Assembly (NCBI GenBank): GCA_977017575.1
Contig: CDRNVI010000160.1
Coordinates: 34,746 to 98,745, forward strand
Reading direction: 5' to 3'
DNA: 64,000 nucleotides
DNA from: Paramoeba atlantica
Lineage: Eukaryota > Protista > Discosea
The position numbers were made by a program, and so were the translations under genes. The notes below the pieces were generated by a model. The model was not told the origin of the DNA, ran no database searches, and saw only the letters and a program-made list of their open reading frames with translations. Numbering within the stretch: the first letter of the stretch is position 1; each line of letters starts with the position of its first letter. Positions 1 to 12,000 of this stretch are shown piece by piece.

Positions 1-177
1 ATTCGTCTTACTCAACTAGATGGACCGAATGGATTCTTCTACCCACCTGGGTGGACCCTTGACTCTTTAGATCATTACTTGAAAGCAGAGGGAACAATCA
101 ATGAGAGTGTCATGGTGAGGTGGCAGAAGCAGTGTAATTCCATTCTTTCTGCTCTGGAAAAGTCAAAAATTATTTAA
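1..177 (+). CDS. 3' end of an unidentified protein-coding gene (partial, runs off window start)
   Basis: Open frame from base 1 (IRLTQLDGPNGFFYPPGWTLDSLDHYLKAEGTINESVMVRWQKQCNSILSALEKSKII) to TAA at 175-177; coding-like composition followed by AT-rich intergenic DNA. Confidence 0.6.
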   Translation: MRLTQLDGPNGFFYPPGWTLDSLDHYLKAEGTINESVMVRWQKQCNSILSALEKSKII

Positions 178-276
178 TAAAATATTTTTCATTCATGAAT
201 GAAAAAGGTAATAATAATAATAATTTATATTTTTAGAAAAATATATAAAGAGTTTTCTTTGATTAAAGTAAATAGA

Positions 277-1557
277 TTAAGACGAGTTCTCTTTTTCCTC
301 AAAAGAAAAAGAAACATCAAGAGGTTCGAAAGGAGGATTTTCTTTAAAATGTGCTTTCAATTCTTTCGAATGAAGAAAAGCAGTCTTCAAAATGGAAACG
401 ATTTGAAAAATCTCTTCTTCCTTGATGGATGGACCACCAGGGAGCTGAAAACAAATTTCTGATAACTTTTCAGTGTTGGGGAGGGGGTGAGGATGGAGAC
501 GACCTTTGTATGGTTCCATATTTTGAACACCTGGGACAAAATATCGACGACATCGAACATTCTCAGCACGCAAGACAGCCACAATTTCATCTCGATTAAG
601 TTGAAACTTATCGGAATTATCCAAGCAACAAACAACAGATTGGTAATTGTTGGTTGAATTAGGGTGAACGCCAGTTGCTCCAACCAACTGAACTCCTGGG
701 ATTGAGGATAAGTGCTGTTTGTACAAATGCCACACCATTGAGCACCTTTTCATCAAATCATTCAGAGAGTTCAGGTTGGCAAGAGCCAAACCTGCGTGGA
801 GTTCAGATAATTTCGCATTTGATCCCAAACAAACAACTCGATCAGTCATCAAAAACCCAAAATTTCGAAGAAATCGACATTTTTCTGCGAGTCGTTCATT
901 GTTGGTGGTGATCATCCCTCCCTCTGCAGAAGAAAAAAACTTGGTGGCATGAAAAGAAAAGACTTCAGCCCTCCCAAACCCTCCAATCTTTTTCCCTTCA
1001 TGTTGACAGTTGAAAGCGTGGGCAGCATCAAAGAGCAATGGAATTTCATGAGAAGAACAAAGCTTTTCCATCGCCACAACATCACATCCTCTTCCCCACA
1101 AATGAACTCCAATCACAGCAGCAGTGTTTGGGCCAATGCAACGAGAAAGAGAATCAACTGAAATCAAGTGACTATCCCGATCACAATCACAAAACACACA
1201 TCGATACCCAGCCATTTCGACGGCATGTGCAGTTGCAACAAAAGTCCAAGCAGGGACAATCACTTCAATCTTTTCTCCTCTCTCCCAAGGATCACCCAAT
1301 TCCGCTCGTAAAACCAACTGCAGACCAAGAGTCGCATTTGCCACACAGATACAATATTTCACCCCCAAAAGCTCGCTCAAATCTTTCTCCAGCTTCTGAA
1401 CAAAAGGGCCATTGTTCGTTAAGTTCCCGCTTTCAAGAGACGATCGAAAATACTCCAATGCTTTCTCGATATCGAGAGTGTTTGGTTTTCCAACGGCGAG
1501 TTCGTTTTTGAAGGTGGGTTTCTTGGTAGAAAGAACAGCCAGCGGTGGAACGGCCAT
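277..1557 (-). CDS. DegT/DnrJ/EryC1/StrS-family PLP-dependent sugar aminotransferase (DesI/VioA-like NDP-4-amino-4,6-dideoxyglucose transaminase), intronless, 426 aa
   Basis: Motifs NATLGL, VPAWTFVATAHA, GVHLWGR, FDAAHAF, SFHATK (Schiff-base Lys) and GSNAKLSE match the family and closely follow the Streptomyces DesI sequence as I recall it; first plausible ATG is MAVPP at 1557. Confidence 0.9.
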   Translation of the reverse strand: MAVPPLAVLSTKKPTFKNELAVGKPNTLDIEKALEYFRSSLESGNLTNNGPFVQKLEKDLSELLGVKYCICVANATLGLQLVLRAELGDPWERGEKIEVIVPAWTFVATAHAVEMAGYRCVFCDCDRDSHLISVDSLSRCIGPNTAAVIGVHLWGRGCDVVAMEKLCSSHEIPLLFDAAHAFNCQHEGKKIGGFGRAEVFSFHATKFFSSAEGGMITTNNERLAEKCRFLRNFGFLMTDRVVCLGSNAKLSELHAGLALANLNSLNDLMKRCSMVWHLYKQHLSSIPGVQLVGATGVHPNSTNNYQSVVCCLDNSDKFQLNRDEIVAVLRAENVRCRRYFVPGVQNMEPYKGRLHPHPLPNTEKLSEICFQLPGGPSIKEEEIFQIVSILKTAFLHSKELKAHFKENPPFEPLDVSFSFEEKENSS

Positions 1558-1734
1558 GATTCTTGTGGAAAACTGTTTGCGGAAAACAAACAAAAAAAAG
1601 TGAAAAAAAGTGAAAAAACCCGCGTCCTTTTTTTTTCTGATCCCATTTTCATTTTCAAAGATTTTCTTTACTTTTTGTTTGGTTGTTGTTGAGAGTAAAG
1701 GGAAGGAAAAATCATTCAATCTAAATTAAAAGTT

Positions 1735-3160
1735 TTATTTTTCTTTTTTTGGTCTCCAATTCTTGCAATGAACTTTATGTTCTGGCCAATTTTTCTTTTG
1801 GCACTCTCTCGAACAATAAAAAGCTCGCCCACATTGAGAACATTTTAAAGGTGCCTCTTTTTCACACTCTTTTCCTGTACAAAATTCTACTAAAACCCCC
1901 CTGGCAACCTGTTTGTTCTGCCGGTGGAGAGATTGATTGTCAGAGACAGGATTTGCTTTCCGACCAAACCTTACATACCCCGCATAAGCTTCTAAACAAT
2001 TCCCTAAATTCATTTTTATCAGCTCAGAAAAGGTGATGGTACATGGATAAGACAAAGCACAAAGATAGGCACCACACGCTTGGAGATATTTTTCCATTCG
2101 TTTGAGGCACAAAGCAAAACAATTGAAACAATGAGAAGCCATCCCTGGACCAGTCCAGCCTAACGAGGTCATCTCTGTGGCTCTAAAGTAGCTCTGAGCA
2201 GCCTTTGCGGTCATTCCACAAGATTCATATACTTCACCAAGATCGACATAATAAAATGAGAGGTCATGGTACAAGCTCGGATAGGAGAAATATTGAGGCA
2301 AGAGAAGGAGAATCGATTCAAATGCTTCTCCATATCGCTTTTGTTCTCTCAGCTTGATTGCAGCTCCCTTAGCTCCAGCGATGAGAGGAAGGATAGATTT
2401 GATATCACGTTGACGGCAAGCAGCCAAGAAACACTCCAGTGTTAAAGTAAATGTCTCTCGCTTTGATAATGGAGGAATTTTAAAATCCGGTCTTGTTTCG
2501 GCAGAAGAAGTCATCCCAACCATTGTCCCCTGTTTCAGGTAGAGGTGGGTACGATACCCCTCATACATGTCACTTTCACCACGAATTTTGTTGATAAAAG
2601 AAGGATTTGTCATTGTCAGTATAAGATCATCACCCTGATACTTGGTATGGGAAAAACTTTCTCCTGTACAGGGGTGATTTCATTTTAATTTTTTTTTTAA
2701 AAAAAGAGGAAGAATATGAATTAATTAATCGAAACGAAAAAAAAAAACCTTTTGATATGAACAGTTGATGATCTCGAGAAAAATGGAAAATCTTTCGTTC
2801 CTCCTCTACCGCCTCGCAAGAGATCCCTCCATACTTACAGGATTCATTCCAGTTCTGTTCAGAAAACAACGCTTGATTCCATTTCCAATCGTCTCCCGCT
2901 TCAGGAATTTTCACTTCCTTGTAAGAGGGAATCTTTCGTTGACTTTGTCTCACTTCATCCCCAGAGAGAGGGAGGTCAACTCTCAAACCTTCCAACTCTT
3001 GATCCTCAAACTCCATCTTCTCCACTTTCCACTGGACAATCAGAGTAAGAACACCAACTAACGGGTGGTTTTCTTGGACGATAGAATAAGAGGAGGTCCC
3101 AGGAAAGCCATGAGGTGTTGAGGGAGGGAGGTTGAGGTTGATCACAACTGTCTTGGGCAT
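1735..3160 (-). CDS. MYND zinc-finger protein with TPR-like helical region; join(2749..3160,1735..2663), 446 aa
   Basis: C-terminal CSQCGRAFYCSRECQKKNWPEHKVHC is a MYND finger. A GT..AG intron at 2664-2748 joins ORF 2630..3160 (ATG 3160) in frame to ORF 1735..2613. Confidence 0.8.
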
Positions 3161-3387
3161 CGAAGAGAATTAGGAGAGATTCGAGAAAGGAAAAAAAAAA
3201 GGAGAAACATCTTTTTGACATCAAAAAATAATTGACGTCCTGCGGACATTGATTACCGATCGTTTTTTGTTTTGTGGTCGTTGCAGTAACTGCGGTGTTG
3301 TTGATTTGATTTGATCAGAGCGAAAAGTGAAAGTATTCGAATCTTTGTTTTCCAGCCACCCCTTTCCCCCTCCCCCTGAATTTATTA

Positions 3388-5317
3388 TTGGACCACCCAC
3401 CGATAGTTTTTTGGCTTGTTGTCCTCCTCTTTCATTTTTGCTGTCAATCTTCTGCTTCTCATCTCCCTGAATCTTTCTCCTGTTATCGCTATACCCTCGA
3501 AAATGAGTGTACAAGTTTATTACAAGGAAATGTAACAGTGATCGAAGAAGAAGAACAACAACAATTTTTTGATCAATATGTTTCTTGAACTGTCTCAGAT
3601 ATTCGACTGAAACCAAAAGATTGTCGAAGACCTTTCTTGTCTTATTACTGTCAATTGATGTTCAGTGGATTTTCTTGTGTGTCTTCTTCAATTGAAGAAC
3701 AACTTTGCTTGAAAGAAGAATATTGTCTTCAAGTTTCTGAGGCATGCCCTTTCCTTTCACAGTTAAATTGTTCTTCTTTTTCATTCCCATCATCTACATC
3801 CCCTTCCTTCTCCTCATCGACATATAATTGTTCAAATGAAGTCACACAACAAATCAATGAAAGCAAAGAGAAAGCAATCGCAGTCCAAACATGTTTAAAT
3901 GAAACAAAAGAACATATTGAATGTTGTTTCGATCCTTTTACTTGTGACGAATTTGGTGAATGTGTTGTTGAATGTCCACAATATTTTTATGGTGAAGAGT
4001 TGGAAAAGACAGTTCGGCTTCTTTCTTTTGGTTTTGTTTTCCTTAGTATCCTTGTTTTCCTTATTGCCATTATACCTCTCTTTCTTTTATCTCCCTTAAG
4101 GTGTCTTTTTTTCTTTTGTGCCTTTTTTTTTTCATTTTTGACTTTTTTTCTTTTCTTTCTCTTCTTTCAAATCGAAAATCATTGAATCAAAAAATCAAAT
4201 AGAATATATCCAAACTACGTTTTTTTTCTCTCTGCGACCGCTTTCTTTCTTTCTTTTTTACCATGCATCATTGGAGCACTTGTGGCTGGTCCATTTTTAT
4301 TTTTATTTTATTTTATGGAGAAAGAGAGAGAAAGAGAGAGAGAGACAAAAAGTCTCAAGATTGATTTCTTTGGTTTTTTTATGATTGAGATTTTTTTGAA
4401 AATCTTTTGAAAAGGGGGAATGAATCAGTATCTTTGTCGTGGGGAAAAGGGTTATTGGGCTGCGTTATTAAATTATGGACAATCAACAACAACCCTTTTT
4501 CAGTTTTCGATTTGGGCCTTTTTTTCTTATTCTTCATTTTTTTATTTTTTTCTGTTTGCTTTTAATTTATTTTGTCTTGCAATGAGGTTTATTTTTATTT
4601 TGCAAATTTTATTGATTTATTTTGGTTTCTATTCTATTTCTCTTTTCTTATCTTTTTCTCATCTCATCCCTCTTTCCTTTTTTTTTATTTAGACCACATG
4701 TCTCATTCTTTGAAAAGTTTGTCGAAAAACCAGTCGACCCATCAATTGAGAAAGGATCCCATGGATTGGGCCTTTTTTTTTCAACTGGAATATTAATTGC
4801 GACTCTCGTTTTTGGGTTCACAAGTGACACAGCTCTTTTTGTTCCTATGCCAATTTCTGATTCTCCTTTTCCTTTGGATACTAATTTGAAGAATTTTTTT
4901 CGAATTCCACTTCTGATTTGTGGTTCATTGGCTTCAATTTTTATTTTCTTGGCCATATTTCTTTTGATGAGAAGAGGAAGACATATTGTTTATTATCAAT
5001 GGTAATTTGGTTTTATCAATATTCATGATTCTTTCTTATTAATTTTTCTCCTCAGGAGAACTATTAGTGTTTCAATTTTTTGGATCATCTTCTTTTGCTT
5101 TCTTGTAGTCGTTTTCTTGGAAGTCACACCAAATTTCGCATTTCTGACTGAATACTTGAACTGTGTTTCCGCTCATCCTCGAAGTGTCCCTTCACCTTGC
5201 CAGAGAGAATATGACGACGGAGCATTCATCACTTTTTTTTATCTTTTCATTATTTTTATTTTTTTGCTTCTGATTGTGGTCTCTTTTTGGACCAATTCGC
5301 TGGTTATTGATTGGTAG
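3388..5317 (+). pseudogene. Frizzled/Smoothened-like (class F, Dictyostelium fsl-type) 7TM receptor gene carrying an in-frame TGA and no ATG; pseudogene or recoded gene
   Basis: Exons 3388-4100, 4203-4288, 4415-4586, 4693-5001 and 5056-5317 splice in frame through four GT-AG introns. Product has a signal-peptide-like start (TTG), a Cys-rich ectodomain (CRRPFLSYYCQLMF), seven hydrophobic segments, RIYPNY after TM1 and a paired-Cys ECL3. In-frame TGA at 3586-3588. Confidence 0.65.
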
Positions 5318-5368
5318 AAAGAGCTGATTTTTAAGAGAAGATATTTGACTTCTCCTCTCGAGTCCGAA

Positions 5369-5408
5369 GAGTCGGATGGCCTCAAGTCGACTTGAGGCCA
5401 TCCGACTC
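5369..5408. repeat. Perfect 40-bp spacerless palindrome
   Basis: GAGTCGGATGGCCTCAAGTCGACTTGAGGCCATCCGACTC equals its own reverse complement, centred on GTCGAC. Confidence 0.95.
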
Positions 5409-6009
5409 AGAGTTAAATGGTTTAATTCAGAGCTGAAAAAGAATCCTTCTTTTTTTAAAACTGATTTATTTTTCTGAAATTAATTGAAAAAATGAAAAAA
5501 GATCTCAAGTATCGTCCTTGGGAAAGTTGCCCATTTTGCCAAAACATTTCTCAAGTCATTCGAATTCTTTTCAACACCGCACAAAAAATGACAAAAAAAA
5601 AACGAAAAGTCTTCGATTTATCCCGACCCTCATACAATATTTTATTGGGAATATGGGTTGGTACTCCATACCCCCCTCTGTTGCTTCCAAACAGAGTTGA
5701 AAACAGTGTTGAAAAAATATTTGTGGGTTTTTTTCATATCCGAAAAAGAGGGTGATAAATCGAAGGTCAAAATAACCGCTTTACCAAAAAAAGTCACTTT
5801 TTGAAAAAGCAGCGTTTTTGGTTCCAAAGAAACCCCTTCTTTTTCATGGGATCGTCCCTTTCTCTCGTCTTTCTCTTTTTTCAGTTTGGTTGTTGGGACT
5901 TTTTATCATAGGGATAAGGAAAAAAACAATTCTTACTCCCCTCTCTTTCTTTCTCCCTCTCTCCTTCAATTTTTTCTTGTTTCTTGTTTTTTGATCTCTT
6001 TCGGTCGGT

Positions 6010-9000
6010 ATGTGGGAGAAACATCTTATTCTCGCTTTTTTGTTCATCTTTCTCGTCTTGTTTTCTCCAACCAACGCGACCCAACCATGCGACTTTACTG
6101 CTTCAGTTCACTCAGGTTATTTTTCATTTTTTTTTAGTTGTTTTCTCGAATGAAAAGTAACCACTTTTTTTTTGGCTCAAGATTGTGAGTGGCCGAGTTG
6201 TAATATAATTGGAGAAGATCACACAGCAGAGTCTTTTTCCAATGTGTCATTCCCTTCAAATTGCACAACAATCAGAATTGAGGATTCAATATTCGCCTCT
6301 ACGACTTTTCGCTTTTGTGAATTCACTCCAGAAGGATCATTTTTCATCACTAATTCAGTTTTCGATCACTCTGTTTGGTCGGAGGTCCTCATTCTTGGCG
6401 AATTTCCAACTTTAGCACCAGTACCAGAAAATTACATTGTTCTCTTCGAAAATTGTTCTTTTTACGACGTTGAATGGGAGGACGTGACCATTTCAGTTTC
6501 GGGAACTCGATATTTTCCGTCTTCTACGTTCGAAAGTCGAGGAGGAATTGGGATTATAGAATGTAATTTTGATCAATCAAATTGGGTCAGTGTTAAACTC
6601 CAAACACTTCCTGAATTCGTTCTCACTTTAGTTGAAGATAACTTTGAGTTTACCACTGGTATTTTTTTCGAAGAATCCACCTTTAATGATGCGGTATTTT
6701 ATGACATTCTTTTTGATATGATGGGAGAGGTGTTCTTAGATGGAGAAGGCAACCCAGGAATGAGAATGGGCGGGATTATTTTCTATGATTGTGAGTTTGT
6801 CAATGCGAGATGGTCTGCGTCAATCTTTCGTTTTGATGGTTCATTAACTGCAATGAATGTTTCGAGTAATGGCTATCCCTTTTGGAAAAAACCTCTTTGG
6901 GGTCTTGCATTTATTCATATGAAGGCAGCTTTCTCTTATTGGGAATCTGTTGATATCTTTCTGAACGGGCAATTCAATGCGAATGAAGCTTGTGCTGAAT
7001 GTTTTCTCTCTGGATTCCATATTTTGGGAGAGGAGACAAATTTTTCTTCTGCCGTCTTTGATGATTTTAATATCGATTGCACCTCCATTTTCTCAGAGGG
7101 CGAAGAAATAACCACTTCCTCTCTCATGTCAGCTGTTACAATTGGTACATTATCTTATCCAGCGTACAATATAACTGAATTCGGTGTACTTAATTTCGCC
7201 GATTGTTACTTTCGAAACTTTCGAATTTTTTCAGATGTTACAATGGACTGTACAAAGGAAAATTATCGAGTTTACATGCGGAATGTAGATTTTTCTGGGA
7301 GCACTTTTTGTCGATGGGAAATTGGGGCAGAGGGAGGAATGTTTTCTGAGACTTCTAACTCTTATTTTGTGGCTCTTGTCTCCTGGGCTGATTTTCGAGA
7401 GACTGTGTGGAATGATGTTGTCTGGGAAGCTGAAGTAACATTCGATGCTAACAACCCTAGTACTGGAGTTTTTTTCCAAGGAATATATTTACAAGAAAGT
7501 TCTTGGAATAATGTAAAAATGTACTTAGAAAACCAAGGCGGATCTTTTGGTACTAACTCTCGCTCCTTTCACTTTCAATTTAATGTGCAGCTACAAGGCA
7601 TGACAATGTGCAGTGTTGAGATGAGGGCAGCTGGGGTAGATCAGGATTTTTCGTGTTCAATGTCATCCTCTTGGGATCAGGCAGACATCTCTGGATTTCG
7701 TTTTGTTGCTCCTGATGGTGATTTTGAAGCATCATCGTACACAGGCTCTTCTTTTGTTCAATCCGACTTTTCATCTTCACTGTTTGGCTTGACTTTTATC
7801 GGCTCTGAGACTGTTTGTGATGTTTCTGTAAATGGAGGTCCTCTACAAGACCTCGGAAATTGCAGCAGTTCAACAGTTCTTGATCGATTTGCTGGTTGTC
7901 CTTATCTCCTTCAGAATTTTTCTCTTTCTGATTCTGAAGCTTGTCCTGACTTCCCCTCACCTTCACCAGCACCATTGCCAGTACCATCCCCAATACCAGC
8001 ACCATCACCTGTACCAGCGCCCTCTCCAGTACCAGCGCCCTCTCCAGTACCAGCACCATCTCCAACCCCAGCACCATCACCTGTACCAGCTCCATCTCCT
8101 GTACCAGCACCATCTCCAGTACCAGCACCATCTCCAGCCCCAGCACCCTCTCCTGTCCCAGCACCATCTCCAACCCCAGCACCATCACCAGTCCCAGCAC
8201 CATCTCCAGTCCCAGCACCATCTCCAGTCCCAGCACCCTCTCCTGTCCCAGCACCATCTCCAACCCCAGCACCATCACCTGTACCAGCACCATCTCCAGT
8301 ACCAGCACCCTCTCCAATCCCAGCACCCTCTCCAATACCAGCACCCTCCCCAATACCAGCACCATCTCCTGTACCAGCACCATCTCCAATACCAGCACCA
8401 TCTCCAATACCAGCACCATCTCCAATACCAGCACCATCTCCAGTCCCAGCTCCATCACCTGTACCTGCACCATCTCCAATACCTGCACCATCTCCAATAC
8501 CAGCACCCTCTCCAGTACCAGCACCATCTCCAATCCCAGCACCATCACCTGTACCAGCACCATCTCCTGTACCTGCACCCTCTCCAATACCTGCACCATC
8601 TCCAATCCCAGCACCATCACCTGTACCAGCACCATCTCCTGTACCAGCACCCTCTCCAGTCCCAGCTCCATCTCCAGTCCCAGCACCATCTCCAGTACCA
8701 GCACCATCGCCTGTACCAGCACCATCTCCAGTACCAGCACCATCTCCAGTACCTGCACCATCTCCAGTCCCAGCACCATCACCTGTACCAGCACCATCTC
8801 CAATACCAGCTCCATCTCCAGTCCCAGCTCCATCGCCTGTACCAGCACCATCTCCAGTCCCAGCACCCTCTCCAGTCCCAGCACCATATCCAGTCCCAGC
8901 TCCATCTCCAGTCCCAGCTCCATCGCCTGTACCAGCACCATCTCCAATACCAGCACCATCCCCAATACCAGCTCCATCCCCAATACCAGTTCCATCGCCT

Positions 9001-12000
9001 GTACCAGCACCATCTCCAATACCAGCACCATCCCCAATACCAGCTCCATTGCCTGTACCAGCACCCTCTCCAATACCAGCACCATCTCCAGTACCAGCTC
9101 CATTGCCTGTACCAGCTCCATCTCCAATCCCAGCACCATCCCCAGTACCAGCACCATCCCCAGCACCATCTCCAATACCAGCACCATCTCCAGTACCAGC
9201 TCCATCTCCAATCCCAGCACCATCTCCAGTCCCAGCTCCATCTCCAGTACCAGCACCATCCCCAATACCAGCTCCATCTCCAGTACCAGCACCCTCTCCA
9301 ATACCAGCACCATCCCCAGTACCAGCTCCATCTCTAATACCAGCTCCATCTCCAGTCCCAGCTCCATCCCCTGTACCAGCTCCATCCCCTGTACCAGCTC
9401 CATCTCCTGTCCCAGCGCCATCTCCTGTACCAGTTCCATCACCTGTACCAGCACCATCTCCTGTACCAGCACCCTCTCCAGCACCAGCACCATCTCCAAT
9501 ACCAGCACCATCCCCAGTACCAGTTTTACCCCCTCAAATAATTCCTCTTACAACATCTTCCTCTTCTTTATTATACCTAGAAGCGCCAGTCTCTTCCCTC
9601 TCTCTCACATGGACATATTTTGATAGTTCTCTCTCTGAACCATGTCAAATTTGTCCATCACATGTGTGTCCATCAAATATCTGCCCAGGTTGTTCTTGTT
9701 CTGTTGATGGGGTTCTTGTCCCTTCAAATGCACTCCCTTCATTTTCTGAGATCACCATTGGAGTTGGCCCCTACTTTTATCTCATTGATACATCAGTTTG
9801 GATTGAACCCACAATTGTGTTTGACAAGGGAAATGAGTTGTTGTGGTCCTCAGACAAAGGAGATTTGATGATTGGAGTGGAAGTGTTGAATCCAAACACA
9901 TGCCCAGAAGATGAACAGCTCATTGTTGCTGAATGGAGATGCCGATATCCTGATGCAGATGGAAGTGTGTGTCCTGGTACCTCTTCTGTCATTTCTGTGA
10001 ACAGTAATAATCCTTCACTCGAGGTTGAGTATCCAGAAGACAGCCCTTCTGTGATTGTCTGGACTTTGACAATGTCGTTTTGTTTGCCGAGTGAAGAAAG
10101 AAGGGAAGCAAGGGGCCAAGTAATTGGGGGTTGGGAATTGGCTGAGCCAGTTACGGTTCAAAAAACTGAATCGTCATTTCTCTTGTTCAGTTTTTCCTCA
10201 CTTTCTTTTACAGTATGTGAGTCTTTGCTAACTGCTGACACTATCACACTCCAGCTCCAAATTGCTGCAGAATCTTGGAGTGAACTGTTATCAGATGATT
10301 CATCTGCTTTGATTTCTGTTCACTGGGCAGCTGAGAAGTGGGAGAATGACGATACAGAAAGTAGAGTAAGTGTGCCAATGGATCAATCATGTGATGAGTC
10401 ACCATGTGAATTGCAGTTTGGAGGAAACTTTGTGACACCAACAGGATTGGACAACGGAACATTTACAGTTGTATTTCGTGGTGGATTTTTGGAGCCAGGA
10501 GAATCAGTCCAAGTCCAAACAACAGCGGTTCCAGTGTCACCTGATGATGGATCTGTGTTAAGTGGTTGGGAAGAGGCTACAATCCGATCTTGTGTGATTA
10601 CACCTCTTGTCCCCCCATCTGGGGGGGATTGTTTGATAGAGTCCCCTGTTGAATCTTTAACAAATTACTCGATCGAATGTTTTGGATGGGAAGGAGAAAA
10701 CGGCCCCTTTGCTTACATTTTTGAGATTCAAGGGCAAGATGGCTCATTTGTTGCGATTTCAAACCCGATTGGACCCACAACATCGATTTTTTTCCCTTCA
10801 AGTCCTGAGGAATCTGAGGTTCAAATTCGTGTTCGGGTGTGTAATACTCGGGGAGCGTGCTCAGATGGGTATTTATTAGAGGTTGTTGTTCTTGCAAGAG
10901 AAGAGATCAGTGATTCTGAATGGGTTGACCTCATTGAACATGATCAAGAACTTCTTTCATCTGGGGATGTCATGGGAGCTGGAAATTATTTGTTATCTAT
11001 TCTTGAGTCCTCTCCTCCCATAGAAATCCAAGCCGATTCAATTGAGATTATCACTGAAATTGTCGATACAATGTTAATTGCGAAACCACCAGCTGAAATG
11101 ACAGGTGCGGAAGCAGACTTAGTTTTGAATTTACTGGCTTATTCTTCGAGCGATGGGAACAACCGAGACCAAAATTATGAGATTCTCCAGAATGTCACAC
11201 AAGCAACCAGTTTCCCTCCTGGTGTTGCTTTAACTGTTTTGGATCAAGTAGCTACCGGATCTGAATTCGACAGCGACAGTTCGGTTACATTTGATAATGT
11301 CAACGAAATTATCGTGAGGACTCAAGATCTATTGACAACGCAAACAGACTTTTGTGGGGAGGAATTTTTGTTTGCTGGGGAAACAGTGTCATATTTTGCT
11401 TTTACTCGTTCAGCGACCGAGTTGGGTGATAGTGATACATTGGTTCCGATCTATCCAGATGGGGATTCAGAAGATTCTTCTTCATCAGTATCATCTTTCT
11501 TTGTTTTACCTCCTTTTATCTCTGAATTAATTCTTGAGTGGGCGGACGAAAACTTTAACGAACAACAAACAACTGAGTCTTTATATTGTGTTCTGCTTCA
11601 GAGATCTCAAGTTGGGGAACAGTGCGATTTTCCGTCTCTTGACACTGAGAGTGAGAGTGATACGAGTGGGAGTATCACCGCGGGATCAGATGTCCAAGGA
11701 TTGACACTATCGGTGCGATTGGATGGAGGAGAACCTGCAGAGATCGAGATTAACAACCCTGATCTTGAAATCCAGATTTTTTATGATGTCGAAGAAGTAA
11801 CACGAGCGTTCAAGAAGAAGCAGAAAAGAATCCAAGATTCAGGAGGTGGTGGTGGAAATCGTTTTGTTCTGGAAGATGATTTCGCTGAGTTGAGTGAAAC
11901 ATTGTGTGCGTTTATTAATGGACCAGATTGTACATATGATTTAAGCGGGTGTTATTTGTCTGAAGAAGATTATGCAGAAGGGAGAATTGTTTGTATTTGT

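Noticed and set aside
3586-3588. Genome-wide TGA=Trp (or Sec) recoding
   Set aside because: TGA terminates conserved genes at their expected ends (LARS1, Rab7-like, ankyrin copy 2, lplA) and TGG is used normally; no SECIS-like element was recognised.
3580-3598. Micro-intron removing the in-frame TGA
   Set aside because: The available GT..AG pairs (19 nt from 3580; 67 nt from 3532) are not multiples of three and would break the frame.
3221-3616. 131-aa minus-strand ORF
   Set aside because: Antisense to the 5' exon of the Frizzled-like gene; no recognisable motif.
7796-9511. 571-aa minus-strand ORF (EMVLVL repeats) and 501-aa plus-strand Q/H-rich ORF 7832..9337
   Set aside because: Shadow frames of the stop-free PAPSP repeat; the real frame has signal peptide, domains and TM.
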